In this document: positions 30,041 to 40,196 of the stretch, in pieces | How the letters are laid out: the number at the start of each line of letters is the position of its first letter | How positions within the stretch are numbered: position 1 is the first letter of the stretch | Origin: Candidatus Latescibacterota bacterium | Lineage (GTDB): Bacteria > Latescibacterota > UBA2968 > GCA-2709665 | Reading direction: 5' to 3' | Length of the DNA: 64,000 nucleotides | Assembly (NCBI GenBank): GCA_965205485.1 | Contig: OZ242180.1 | Span: 3,680,001 to 3,744,000 of the forward strand | The notes under the pieces: generated by a model | Databases searched by the model: none | Seen by the model: the letters and a program-made list of their open reading frames with translations, nothing else | Told to the model about the DNA's origin: nothing | Translations under genes and position numbers: made by a program

Positions 30041-31555
30041 ATGGCAATGGAGAAACCGCCTCATCCCGGTCTCAGCATCGTCGAGAACTGGCTCGACCCG
30101 CTCTGCCTCAACGTCACCGACGCCGCGAGGGTGTTGGGCGTGGCCCGTCACACGCTGTCCAGGGTGCTCAACGGACACGCGGGCATCTCCCCCGAAATGG
30201 CGATTCGGTTGGAGAAGGCCGGGTGGTACGACGCCGAGTACTGGTTGCGCCGGCAGACGGCCTACGATCTCCTGAAGGCCCGGGAGCAGGAAGATCGCAT
30301 CGAGGTGGAGCGCTATCAGCCTCAGCCCACGTTGCAGGAAGGACACGGTGTTTACAGGAATACCAACATCGCCGTATTTCTGGGCGCCGGAACGTCAGAA
30401 GCGGCGGGCTATCCTTCCATTCAGGACCTCACCGACCTGGTTGTTTCCGGACGGGGCGTTACCCGGCACGGCGATGGGTGTTTTTATCTGAGCGGTGGAG
30501 AAGAACCGAAAACTGCGGAAGTCAGGTTACCCCTGAGCATGGTGAAGCGACTACAGGAGGAGGCTGAGACGTACCTTTCCACATTCGTCGACCGAAAGGC
30601 CAACTATGAGGATATTTACTTCCTCGCGCGGCAGGCGCTGGATAATGAGTTGGGCGAAACGGAGAATCCGGCGCTTCGCCTGTTTGTGGACAGGCTGAGA
30701 GCCAAATGGCTGTCGCTCACTCACAATGCAATGGAAAGAGGCGAAGCCGCGGTACATACAACCGAACTGTTTGTTCCTGACGACCTGGGCGGCTTATTGT
30801 GGGAAACATGCAACTTCATCGCGGACGTCGTCAGGCGAAGTCTTCTGCGTTACCGGCCCGAACCTGACCGCATCCACCAATTGAATGCCGTCGAACACGC
30901 CTGCAAGGCCTTCAACGTAACCTGTATATCGACGCTTTGTCACGATACCCACGTCGAGGCGTTTTTGAAGGACCGGAACGTTGCGCTCGCCGATGGATTT
31001 TCGGACGGCGAGGATGACATTTCACCCTGGAACGGCGATCTCATATCGGAGGTGAAGATTCCATTCCTGAAGTTGCATGGTTCCGTCGACTGGTACCGCT
31101 ACCGGGACGGAAAGGTCAGACGCATCCCGCCAGACCTGTATCCCCAGCGCATCGAGGTTGACGGCGCCTTTCTGTACGCGGAAGATATCCCGAGGATGCT
31201 GCTGATCGGCACTTTCAACAGGCTTTCGGACTATGGCTCAGGGATCTTTCGCGAACTCAGGCATTGCTTCCGGTCGACCATTGGAAAAGCGAACACAATG
31301 GTCGTCTGTGGCTACGGCTTTGGCGACAGGGGCGTCAATGATGAATTGATCGATTGGCATGCAGGCAGGGAGGGACGCCGGTTCGTGATCGTTCACCCGG
31401 ATCCTGACCATCTCGCCGAAAACGTCCACGCGGCCCTCCGGATACATTGGGAGACCTGGCAGAAAACCGGCGCGGTCTCAATCATCGAAAAGAGATTCGA
31501 AGATATCGAAGCGCCTGAGTTCGTGGAAGCCATTGCGCAAACGGCGAATCATTGA
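30041..31555 (+). CDS. HigA-family antitoxin HTH fused to a SIR2-like domain
   Basis: aa 1-97: PPHPG...[33 protein letters not shown]...[10 protein letters not shown]; then [37 protein letters not shown]. Confidence 0.85.
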   Translation: MAMEKPPHPGLSIVENWLDPLCLNVTDAARVLGVARHTLSRVLNGHAGISPEMAIRLEKAGWYDAEYWLRRQTAYDLLKAREQEDRIEVERYQPQPTLQEGHGVYRNTNIAVFLGAGTSEAAGYPSIQDLTDLVVSGRGVTRHGDGCFYLSGGEEPKTAEVRLPLSMVKRLQEEAETYLSTFVDRKANYEDIYFLARQALDNELGETENPALRLFVDRLRAKWLSLTHNAMERGEAAVHTTELFVPDDLGGLLWETCNFIADVVRRSLLRYRPEPDRIHQLNAVEHACKAFNVTCISTLCHDTHVEAFLKDRNVALADGFSDGEDDISPWNGDLISEVKIPFLKLHGSVDWYRYRDGKVRRIPPDLYPQRIEVDGAFLYAEDIPRMLLIGTFNRLSDYGSGIFRELRHCFRSTIGKANTMVVCGYGFGDRGVNDELIDWHAGREGRRFVIVHPDPDHLAENVHAALRIHWETWQKTGAVSIIEKRFEDIEAPEFVEAIAQTANH

Positions 31556-31572
31556 CCGAAAGCAGAGAAGCG

Positions 31573-31618
31573 AAAAGGGAACGGCGCGGTTCTCAAGACC
31601 GCGCCGTTCCTTTTTTTG
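31573..31618. terminator. Bidirectional intrinsic terminator
   Basis: AAAAGGGAACGGCGCGGT-TCTCAAG-ACCGCGCCGTTCCTTTTTTT between convergent genes. Confidence 0.85.
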
Positions 31619-31668
31619 GTTCGGGCCACATATCCTCACGGGACCTCAGACCGGATAGTTATCGGATT

Positions 31669-32424
31669 TCAGTGACCGGAAACAACCTGGATAATCGAGG
31701 CGAGGCTGGTTTTCGAGAAGGGATTGGCTTTCTGTTCGGAGTCCTCGTCTTCGGGCGGCAGGATGTCTTCGAGGCTTTTCACCTCAGCCGTCAGGGGCCC
31801 CTGTTCCGGATTCCACGTAAGGGTCGCAGGGATGATTTCCTCGCCCGAGATTTTCACGCCGTACGTCGCGCGCGCTGCCTCTTCGGAGAAACTCACGCCG
31901 CCGCCCGCGGGTCCTGACGCGCCATCGAGCAGCATCAGCTTGCGCGCGTCGTGCCAGTCTCCCGTGCTGAGCCGGTAGATGTAGACCCCGGCGCTAACGC
32001 CCCTGCCGAGTCTGTCCGTGCCGTCCCACTGCACTCTGTGGAACCCGGCCGGGCGCTCCTCGTCGATCAGCGTGACCACACGCTGCCCCAGGATATTATA
32101 GACGTCCATGCGCACGTGCCCTCGCTCCGATATTTGAAAGGGAATGAGGGTGGAGGGATTGAACGGATTGGGGTGGTTTTGCAGCAGGGTGTTGGGCACT
32201 CCCGGGACAAGGTCTCGCAGCGGCAGCGTGAAGGCCCCGTTTTCGTCGGTTAACGTCGTCAACCGCTGGCGCGGGTCGTCGAGCCTGTAAAGCACGACCT
32301 GCGCCAGATGAATGGGAACGGACTTCGGATTGATTACCTGTCCCTCGAACGGATCCTCGTTCGCCGCGACGGTGGATGCCAGACACGTCACCGCGAAGAT
32401 GGCAAAAGACAGCGCGTGTTTCAT
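31669..32424 (-). CDS. Secreted protein with internal FlgD-Ig / T9SS-A-like domain
   Basis: Signal peptide; QNHPNPFNPST...VYNILGQRV...WDGTD...AGVYIYRL. Confidence 0.8.
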   Translation of the reverse strand: MKHALSFAIFAVTCLASTVAANEDPFEGQVINPKSVPIHLAQVVLYRLDDPRQRLTTLTDENGAFTLPLRDLVPGVPNTLLQNHPNPFNPSTLIPFQISERGHVRMDVYNILGQRVVTLIDEERPAGFHRVQWDGTDRLGRGVSAGVYIYRLSTGDWHDARKLMLLDGASGPAGGGVSFSEEAARATYGVKISGEEIIPATLTWNPEQGPLTAEVKSLEDILPPEDEDSEQKANPFSKTSLASIIQVVSGH

Positions 32425-32497
32425 TGTCATACCTCCAGTCCGGAATCGGGTGAAAAAACTGCGTGTATTCTGTACGCAGGAATCCATTTCATGCGTG

Positions 32498-33751
32498 TTA
32501 CTTTAGATACAGCATACGCCGGGCGTCCACGCCTCCCGGATGGAGCAGGCGCATCAGATAGACGCCCGCGGCCACATCGTCGCCGTGCCGGTCCCGCGCG
32601 TTCCATTGGACGACGTACCGGCCTGCGGCCTGGGTGTCGGCTACCAGCGTGCGCAGGTGTTGTCCAAGAGAATTGAAGATCTCCAGCCGCACCGGACCGG
32701 GGTCCGCCAACCGGTAGACAATCAGCGTGCTGCTATTGAACGGGTTTGGAAAGTTGGGTGCCAGACCGGCTTCAGGTTGCTCGCTCCCAAGCGCGACGAT
32801 CTTCGCCGCGTTCAGAACGTGGCTTTCCACCACCCGCGCGCTTCCGCCAAGCTTCAGTTCCAGGACCTGGCGGCGATCCTCATTGAGGGGTATGCTGTAC
32901 CACTGTCCCAGAATCCTGCCCGTACCGTCGAGGACGCGCGCGCTGTAGTAGCCGGTGACGCCGGACCGGTCAAGTGTGGAGATGTCCAGGTCCACCCGGC
33001 CGTTTTCGTCGGTGATTCCCCGCCAGGCATAGTGCGCCGCAATACCTGAAATCGACCGCGCGAACTCCACCGCCAGGCCCCCCACCCGGTTGCCGACCAC
33101 CGTGGCCTGCACGACGGTTGTCGACGTCGACGGCGTCCCTCCTGAACGCCGCAGTTTCCACACGATGCCATCTACCGCATCCGGCGCGCCCCCCGCAAAG
33201 GCGCTGTTGCGGGGCAGCACGAAAACCAGGTGGTTTCCGGATCGGTATGCATAAAGGTCGTTGAAAAAGCCCAGGAAGAGGCCGTTCACCAGGGAAATAA
33301 CGATATTGTATTCGTTGAGCGACCGTGCGTCGCTGGACTCCCTGACAATGTCCTCCAGATCCTCGCCGTCTGCGATCAGTCTCAAATAATGGGCATTGAA
33401 CCGCAGCGTATCCGACTGAATGGTGTAATAGCCAAACGCGGCGGTAGCCCGCGTTGACGGGGGCTGATATTCAACGGGCTCGCCGGTAAGGAAGTGGGGA
33501 AAGGCATACCCTTCCGCCGCCCTTGTGATGATCGACAGCTTGTAGAAGTTGCCGCGGTAGAGCTCCAGGGTGACCCAGGGCGTGGCGGGTATTGGTTCAC
33601 CACCTTGCTGTCGCGCGGAAAGGATGGCCGCGACGTTGAACTTGAGACTGTTGTCCACCAGGTCCCACGTATCCAGCGGCGAAGGCGCATCGGAGTTCGC
33701 CCACACTGAAACAGGAAATATCAAGGTAAGGATGAATAGGGCCCGTCTCAT
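32498..33751 (-). CDS. Secreted protein with C-terminal FlgD-Ig / T9SS-A-like domain
   Basis: Signal peptide; NFPNPFNSST...IFNSLGQ...AGVYLMRL...RMLYLK. Confidence 0.8.
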   Translation of the reverse strand: MRRALFILTLIFPVSVWANSDAPSPLDTWDLVDNSLKFNVAAILSARQQGGEPIPATPWVTLELYRGNFYKLSIITRAAEGYAFPHFLTGEPVEYQPPSTRATAAFGYYTIQSDTLRFNAHYLRLIADGEDLEDIVRESSDARSLNEYNIVISLVNGLFLGFFNDLYAYRSGNHLVFVLPRNSAFAGGAPDAVDGIVWKLRRSGGTPSTSTTVVQATVVGNRVGGLAVEFARSISGIAAHYAWRGITDENGRVDLDISTLDRSGVTGYYSARVLDGTGRILGQWYSIPLNEDRRQVLELKLGGSARVVESHVLNAAKIVALGSEQPEAGLAPNFPNPFNSSTLIVYRLADPGPVRLEIFNSLGQHLRTLVADTQAAGRYVVQWNARDRHGDDVAAGVYLMRLLHPGGVDARRMLYLK

Positions 33752-33818
33752 TCTACTGCCTCGGATTCGTGGATTGCCCCCGTGAGATTCCAATGCCATT
33801 GTCACCCGTCAAAGCCAC

Positions 33819-36800
33819 TCAGTCGTTGTCGTGAATGACCACGTACACATTGACGGCCGCCCCGTCGTACCCGCCGCCGCTGGCCGTGTTGGATACGCTC
33901 ACCCAATAGTTCAGTGCGTCGTCGTCCTGGCCTGCCGTAAGCGTCACCGTCTGCGCCGTGTTCCAGTTCTGAACGGTGAAGCTGAGACTTGTGGCACTAG
34001 CAGTGAGCTTGCTCGAAGAGCTCGTGATCGTCACGGTCACGTCCGCGGTGGGCTGGCTTCCCAGGACCACAGTGTAGTCGGCGCTGGCCCCTTCGGTGAT
34101 CTCGACCTCCGTCAGGCTCAGCGTCAGGACCGGTGGGTCGTCCCCTGCCACGGCGTCGGCAACCGTGGAGTTGTTGGTCACTTCCTTGGAGGAGAAGGGG
34201 TGCAGGGCGTTGCCGGCTGCGTCGATGAAGAGCCCGACGGCGTCGCGGGCGAAGATGTTGTTGTAGGCCACCCCCACTTCCTGGCTCTCGGTTACAGCCG
34301 ATCCCAGAGTCATTGTGAGGGTGGTATCGGCAAGGCTGGCCGCGGTCGGGACCACCTCATCATCGTCCACCGTGACCCCGACGACCGCGATGAAGAACCG
34401 GTCCAGGGCGACGTTCACCATGGTGCTTATCGACCGCAGCAGCGCCGGAATGGTGGTCTCCTCACTGAAGGCAACGATCACCTTCGTGCCGTCCGTGGAG
34501 GTCTTTGCACTCGAGTAGGCCGGTCGCACGCCGTCTACCTTGTGGGCGGCATCGGCGGCCACGGCATCGTGGTCGAGGTTGGCATCGTTGTCCGCCCCGT
34601 CCCGGATGGTGCCGTCGTCCAGATCGATCTTGTTCGAGCCAATGGCGATACCGTCTGAATCGGCATCATCCCTCGCTACTGTATAGCTGAAGACCAGCGA
34701 GGAACCGTCGCTGCTTTCGTAGTCCGCGTTCCTGGCGACGCCGCCGACATCCAGCTCGACCAGCAGTTGCAGGGCACCGCCCACGTCCGCCGTCACGTCC
34801 TCGCTGAAGGTCACCGTAACCTGGATGCTGTCGCCGATGGCGTAGGTGGAGTCGTCCCCGGCGTTGGACGTGATGGCCACCGAAGATATCGTCGGCGCCG
34901 TATCGTCCCGGGCGTCCACTTTGTGTCCCGGGTCGGTCGCCACGGCGCTGTGAGTCAGCACTGCCGCGTTATTCGCCTCGTCTTTGATTGTGCCGCCATT
35001 GAGGGAGACCTTGTTTTCACCGATGGAAATGCCGTCGCTGTCGACGTCCCCTTCCTGCACGGTGTAGCCGAAGATCACCGTGGCATTGGCGACGCTCTGG
35101 ACCTTTGGATCGATCGTCCTTCCGCCGGACAGTTTTCCGTACTCGGCCATCCTCGCCGTGCCGCCGATGTCGACCTCCACCTGGGGCGTACCTGTGGCGA
35201 GCACGCTTTCGCTGAAAGTCACCCAGACCCCGATGTAGTCGCCGGAGGCGTAGGTGGAATCCGCACCCGGACCCGGACTGTCGGTGAAGGCTATCGAAGA
35301 GATGGTGGGCGCCCGAGTGTCGTTACCTATGAGGCGGCCGTCCACCTTGTGGGCCGGGTTTTCGCCCATGGCAGGAGTCTCGCCTCCAGGGTTGGGCAGG
35401 TAGGCGATGTCGGTGCCCGCAGCCTTGATGTTCAGGCCATGGGGGAGGAAGGCGTCGATCCCGTTGCTGTCCCGGTCCCCTTCCACGACCTCGTACTCGA
35501 ACCGCAGCGTGTCGGTGCCGCTGCCCGAAACGACCGGGGGATGCCGCTGGTTCCAGACCGAACCCATCCTGATGATGGCGAATACACTGTCCGCGGCGTC
35601 CACTGCCTGGCCGAAGTCGATGCTGACCTGGATTGTGTCGCCCTTGCCGTAGGTATCACTCCTGGCCGTGGGGGTGGAGGTGATGGAGATCGTTCTGGCG
35701 TATGGACGGCCGTCCAGCTTGTGGCCGGACTGGTCCGACAGGCCGGAGAAGTTCGGTGGGACGACGTCGGTGTCCGAGCCCTTGACCTTTACGGTGCCGT
35801 TGCCGCCGAAACCGCGGCGGACACCGTCCTGGACGTAGCTTCCCTCCACCCTGAATCCGTCGGTATCCAGGTCTCTCGACTGCACGGTGTAGCCGAAGAC
35901 CAGGGTTCGGGTGCCGGAGCCCTCCGTGTACCTGACCCCGCGCCAGGTGCTGTCACCGGTTCCTACTCGAGCGTTCAACAGAACCGTCCCGTCGACATCC
36001 ACGGCCGCGCTCAAGGTGAGGGCAACGTTGATGGTCTCCCCGTAGCGGTAGGTGCTGTCCCCACGGGCAGGTGTGGAAGTGATCTCCATTCCGGTGCCGA
36101 TGGGAGTGAGGTTGCCGTTTACCTTGTGGCGCGACTGGTGGCCGATGCCGGCATAAGCCCGGTAGGCCACGGTGTCGATTCCCACGGCCGTGACCGCGGT
36201 GTGGTTGATGAAGTTGTGCCACTGGCCTTCGCTGTCCTGGTAGCCTCCGCCCATTGAGACGCCGTCCTCGTCTCTGTCCTCGGATCTCACCGTGTAGCCG
36301 AACGCCAGTCTCCTGGTGCCTGAACCCCAGAGATAACGGGCGGACCTCCAGTTGCTGCCGACCTGGAGGCCAAGTGCCGGATTGCCGTCCACCTCCACCG
36401 CGCGGCTGAAGGTCGCCCCGAACCTGATGGTTTCGCCCACTCCGTAGGTTTCGTCCCTGGCCGGGGTCGAGGCGATGTGGACGTCAATGATGCCGGGGTC
36501 GTCGTCGATGATGGTGATTTCGCACCTGTTGTCCCGATCGGGGTTGTTCATGTCCACGACGTTGTTCGTGGGGGTGAAGAAAACCATGAAGGTCTCGTTC
36601 CCCTCGATCAGGGAGTCTTCACGGGTGCGGAAAGTGCGGTCCAGCCGGCTGTCCTCCGAATCTTCCCTGCTTCCCCAGATGATTCCTGTATTCTGGGTCA
36701 CGTAATCGGTGGAGTCGGCCGTACGCGCCTCGGTGTGCCAGGCCGCGCCTATTCTGTCGGCGGTGGAGGTGTATACGAGGGTGACGACGAAAGAATCGCC

Positions 36801-36947
36801 TTCCTGAACCTCTGTGGTGGGGCATTCGAGGTAGAAACCGCCGCCCTGGGCGGGGTCGTGAGTCGCGATCGACCCAAGCAGACCGATCAGGACAGCGACC
36901 GAGCCTGGACGAAGGATACGCCGGAAAATTCCCGCTCGATCTTTCAT
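33819..36947 (-). CDS. Large secreted repeat protein (Calx-beta-like ends, five ~125-aa acidic beta repeats, SwmB-like domain)
   Basis: Signal peptide; DSLIEGNETF...ITIIDDD; repeats TY..G..I.....F...GSGT..L.F.Y.V...D.D.DG...HK(V/L)(D/N). Confidence 0.75.
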   Translation of the reverse strand: MKDRAGIFRRILRPGSVAVLIGLLGSIATHDPAQGGGFYLECPTTEVQEGDSFVVTLVYTSTADRIGAAWHTEARTADSTDYVTQNTGIIWGSREDSEDSRLDRTFRTREDSLIEGNETFMVFFTPTNNVVDMNNPDRDNRCEITIIDDDPGIIDVHIASTPARDETYGVGETIRFGATFSRAVEVDGNPALGLQVGSNWRSARYLWGSGTRRLAFGYTVRSEDRDEDGVSMGGGYQDSEGQWHNFINHTAVTAVGIDTVAYRAYAGIGHQSRHKVNGNLTPIGTGMEITSTPARGDSTYRYGETINVALTLSAAVDVDGTVLLNARVGTGDSTWRGVRYTEGSGTRTLVFGYTVQSRDLDTDGFRVEGSYVQDGVRRGFGGNGTVKVKGSDTDVVPPNFSGLSDQSGHKLDGRPYARTISITSTPTARSDTYGKGDTIQVSIDFGQAVDAADSVFAIIRMGSVWNQRHPPVVSGSGTDTLRFEYEVVEGDRDSNGIDAFLPHGLNIKAAGTDIAYLPNPGGETPAMGENPAHKVDGRLIGNDTRAPTISSIAFTDSPGPGADSTYASGDYIGVWVTFSESVLATGTPQVEVDIGGTARMAEYGKLSGGRTIDPKVQSVANATVIFGYTVQEGDVDSDGISIGENKVSLNGGTIKDEANNAAVLTHSAVATDPGHKVDARDDTAPTISSVAITSNAGDDSTYAIGDSIQVTVTFSEDVTADVGGALQLLVELDVGGVARNADYESSDGSSLVFSYTVARDDADSDGIAIGSNKIDLDDGTIRDGADNDANLDHDAVAADAAHKVDGVRPAYSSAKTSTDGTKVIVAFSEETTIPALLRSISTMVNVALDRFFIAVVGVTVDDDEVVPTAASLADTTLTMTLGSAVTESQEVGVAYNNIFARDAVGLFIDAAGNALHPFSSKEVTNNSTVADAVAGDDPPVLTLSLTEVEITEGASADYTVVLGSQPTADVTVTITSSSSKLTASATSLSFTVQNWNTAQTVTLTAGQDDDALNYWVSVSNTASGGGYDGAAVNVYVVIHDND

Positions 36948-37322
36948 TTACGTCTCTCCTCGCGACGAATACACCCTTACGATTCCCGAATCGTCCTTAC
37001 GACACAATATGCGGCGTGGCATGTTCAGGTCACGGGGGAAGTGTCTGATTGCGGACCGCGAACAACAGCTCGTTTTCAATACGCTTCTTCAGTACGTTAA
37101 TTTAATGTAAAAACCGTATTTTTCAAGTATACCAGCGAATATTATCATGGAAATATCACTATTAGTCATTGATATTTCACGAATATTACACGATATAGCT
37201 TGGGTACAGATAACCTACGAGAGCTTGGAATCGAGGCCGGACGCAAAGGAGTGAATTGGCTTTTTGTGGCTGACCATTCCATTTCGGCCCGGCCGTCATC
37301 GACTGAATGTAGAAGAACGTCA

Positions 37323-37403
37323 ATGCCGATGAAGCATCCGCCGCCGCATCCGCGGAATGAAACAGGGGTGGAACGGTACGAATCGCAGCCGGTGTGCGAG
37401 TAG
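37323..37403 (+). pseudogene. Internally deleted HigA antitoxin remnant
   Basis: MPMKHPPPHP + GVERYESQPVCE* match the N- and C-terminal ends of the HigA part at 30041 (MAMEKPPHP...EVERYQPQP). Confidence 0.6.
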
Positions 37404-37414
37404 ACCAATAAGAC

Positions 37415-37450
37415 AAAAAAAGGCCCCCGAAATTCAGGGGCCTTGTTGTT
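37415..37450. terminator. Intrinsic terminator (bidirectional)
   Basis: AAAAAAAGGCCCC...GGGGCCTTGTTGTTT. Confidence 0.75.
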
Positions 37451-37478
37451 TCCTGCACGGGAACCTGGGCTACGCAAC

Positions 37479-38276
37479 CTATTTCCTATCGGATTTCGCT
37501 TTTGCGCTCCATTCCTTCGCGAGCCGCCGGGCTTCGGCGATCTGGGCGGGCGTCATCGAGTTTTCCAGGTTGTCGCGCACGACGCTCCCCATACTGTCTC
37601 CTGCCGCCGCGGCCAGGCTGCAGTGGGCGTGAGCTGCGATGTCGTCCCGCTCCACGCCCAGGCCCATGGCGTACATCATCCCAAGCTGTGACCGCGCTCG
37701 CGCGAAGCCCTGGTCAACCGCGCGGCGGAACCACTTGAGTGCCTCTTTATAATCACGGGGTACCCCGCGGCCGTTGGCGTATGTAATCCCTAGGAGGTAC
37801 TGCGCGCCGGCGTGGTCCTGGCGCGCCGCGGAGCGATAGAATTCGATCGCTTTTGCGAGGTCTCTCTGCACACCCCGGCCGCGGGAGTAGGCGGTTCCCA
37901 TCTTGAACCGGGCGTCGGCGTGTCCCTGATCGGCGGCGGCGCGGTACCATTTGACCGCCTCTGCGTTGTCCCGTTTCAGGCCCAGACCCTGGGCGTACAT
38001 CCATCCGAGGCTGGCCTGCGCGTCGGCATGATCCTGATCGGCGGCGAGACGCAACAACCTGACCGCTTCCGCGAAGTCCTGCTTCACGCCTTGCGCGCTC
38101 GCGTACATGGCCCCGAGAAGGAATTGCGCCTCGGCCTCGCCTTTCAGGACGCGCCGCCGCAGGTCCTCCACGCTCCCTTCGCTTTGTTCCGCCGCCGGTC
38201 CCGCCGAAGCAACAGCGAGAATCGCGAGAGCGGTTACAGTCAGCCGAATCAACCGAAACACGTTCTTCATTTTCAC
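37479..38276 (-). CDS. Secreted Sel1-repeat protein
   Basis: Signal peptide; repeats AQ..LG.MY..G.GV..D..EA..W(Y/F)R.A..QG. Confidence 0.92.
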   Translation of the reverse strand: MKMKNVFRLIRLTVTALAILAVASAGPAAEQSEGSVEDLRRRVLKGEAEAQFLLGAMYASAQGVKQDFAEAVRLLRLAADQDHADAQASLGWMYAQGLGLKRDNAEAVKWYRAAADQGHADARFKMGTAYSRGRGVQRDLAKAIEFYRSAARQDHAGAQYLLGITYANGRGVPRDYKEALKWFRRAVDQGFARARSQLGMMYAMGLGVERDDIAAHAHCSLAAAAGDSMGSVVRDNLENSMTPAQIAEARRLAKEWSAKAKSDRK

Positions 38277-38333
38277 CTTAGTTTGACGCTCGCCCCATTG
38301 GCTGATCGAGGCATTGAGGAAGCAGATTTGAAG

Positions 38334-38400
38334 GTGGGGCAGACATTCCTGTCTGCCCTCAGGCTGGTTTTCGTAGGGGCGACCGGCCGGTCGCCCCTAC
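38334..38400. repeat. REP cluster: GTGGGGCAGACATTCCTGTCTGCC and perfect palindrome GTAGGGGCGACCGGCCGGTCGCCCCTAC
   Basis: GTGG/GTAG-footed hairpins in an intergenic region. Confidence 0.8.
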
Positions 38401-38491
38401 AGATTTCGCGCGGCCGTTCTTTCTGACAATCTCTCGCACGACACGTTTCGGGAAAAGGGGCCGGTCCCGTCAACGCCACCGGTGACGCTGT

Positions 38492-40141
38492 CTACGTCTC
38501 CGACTCTTCCCCTCCCAGCTCCTTGAGGCATGTGTCGACGACGACTTCGCTGGTGGTCGCTTCGGCCGTGATGACGCGGGTGGCGCCCGCGACGCGCAGT
38601 GAGCTCTCGTCCATGTCGTACAGCGTGCGCGCGATGATGGGGGTTTCCGGTGCCGCGCGCCGAATCGCGCGTACAGCGACCTCGGTCGCCCGGGTGTCAT
38701 TGATCGTGACTACAACCAGGCGCGCGTCCCCGCATCCGAGTTCTTCGAGGACCTCCGTCTGGGTGACGTCGCCGTACACCGCCAGGTCTCCTGCCGCGTG
38801 CGCCCTGCGTACGTTGTCCACGTTGACGTCAACCGCGACGCAGGCGAACCCCGCGTCCCGGGCCGCGTGGCAGACCTCCTCGCCCGCCCGGCCGTATCCG
38901 GCGACGATAACGTGGTCGCTGTGCGGTTCGTGCGTGTCGATCCCGGGGGGCTCGGCATCCAGAATCCGGTTGAGCCACGGAATGCGTGTGACGCCGAGCG
39001 CCAGGTGAGGGGCGAAGGCAATAGCGATAGGTGTGAGCAGCATGGACAGGATGATCGCCAGCAGGAGGTTGTGGGACAGTGAGGCATCGAGAAGGCCCGT
39101 CCCCGAGGCCGCGTTCAGCAGAACGAACGAGAATTCGCCGATCTGACACAGAGTCGCCGCGGATTGGATCGCGACGCGGAGCGGAAGCCGGAGGATCAGG
39201 CCCATCACGAATACGATGACGAATTTGCCAACCAGAATCAGTCCGCACAGACCGAGCGTCGGTAGCAGATGGGCAAGTACATCCGAAACATCCAGCAGCA
39301 TGCCCACGGACACGAAGAAGAGGCTGGCGAAGGCTTCGCGTACCGGTATCAGGTCCGACATCGCCTGGTGACGAAATTCGCTGCCGGCCACGACGAGGCC
39401 CGCAAGGAACGCCCCGAGCGCCAGTGAGACTCCCGCCATCGACAGGACCCACGCAATGCCGAAACACACGAGAAACACCGTAAGTACGAACAGCTCTCTC
39501 TCCCGCGATCTGGCTACGAATGCGAGTATGTAGGGCACGGTTCGATTGGCGGCAACAAGCACGCCCGCCAGAATGGCGAGGCCTGTGCCCGCTGCGACCG
39601 CGATTTCCCAAGTGGTACCGTCCTGACCTGCCAGAAATGGAACCGCCAGGATCATCGGAACCACACACAGGTCCTGAAAGATGAGTATCCCCACGGCCAG
39701 GCGGCCGTGGGGCGCATCCAGTTCACCACGTGCTGAAAGTCCGCGCAGCACAATGGCCGTGCTGGATACCGCGACGATGAAACCCAGAAACACCGCGGGG
39801 CCGGGTGTCATTCCGAACCAGACGGCCGCCAGCGCGGTGCACAGGATCGTAGCGCTCACCTGGATGCCGCCGCCCAGCAGGATGGCATGCCACAGCCGCC
39901 GCATATGGCTGAGCGAGAGCTCCAGGCCGATGCCGAAGAGCAGGAGCACGATCCCGACCTCGGCCATGATCTCGACCTGATGCGTGTCGTCCACGAGTCC
40001 GAGCGCCGTGGGTCCGGCCAGCATGCCGGCAAGAATCAGACCGGCGATCGGCGGAATGCCCGCGCGGCGCAGTACCGTTGCGACCAGGACCGCCGAACCC
40101 AGTATGATGATCAGATCCCCGAGAAAATCGAACTCATGCAC
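38492..40141 (-). CDS. CPA2 cation:proton antiporter (KefC-like) with TrkA-N domain
   Basis: LLFGIGLE, ILIFQD, LGAFLAG, QIGEFSF; IVAGYGRAG. Confidence 0.92.
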   Translation of the reverse strand: MHEFDFLGDLIIILGSAVLVATVLRRAGIPPIAGLILAGMLAGPTALGLVDDTHQVEIMAEVGIVLLLFGIGLELSLSHMRRLWHAILLGGGIQVSATILCTALAAVWFGMTPGPAVFLGFIVAVSSTAIVLRGLSARGELDAPHGRLAVGILIFQDLCVVPMILAVPFLAGQDGTTWEIAVAAGTGLAILAGVLVAANRTVPYILAFVARSRERELFVLTVFLVCFGIAWVLSMAGVSLALGAFLAGLVVAGSEFRHQAMSDLIPVREAFASLFFVSVGMLLDVSDVLAHLLPTLGLCGLILVGKFVIVFVMGLILRLPLRVAIQSAATLCQIGEFSFVLLNAASGTGLLDASLSHNLLLAIILSMLLTPIAIAFAPHLALGVTRIPWLNRILDAEPPGIDTHEPHSDHVIVAGYGRAGEEVCHAARDAGFACVAVDVNVDNVRRAHAAGDLAVYGDVTQTEVLEELGCGDARLVVVTINDTRATEVAVRAIRRAAPETPIIARTLYDMDESSLRVAGATRVITAEATTSEVVVDTCLKELGGEESET

Positions 40142-40196
40142 GCTGTAAGGTCTCCACGGTTTGTCAATGCATTTTCCGCCCTTGAAGGCGATGAGC

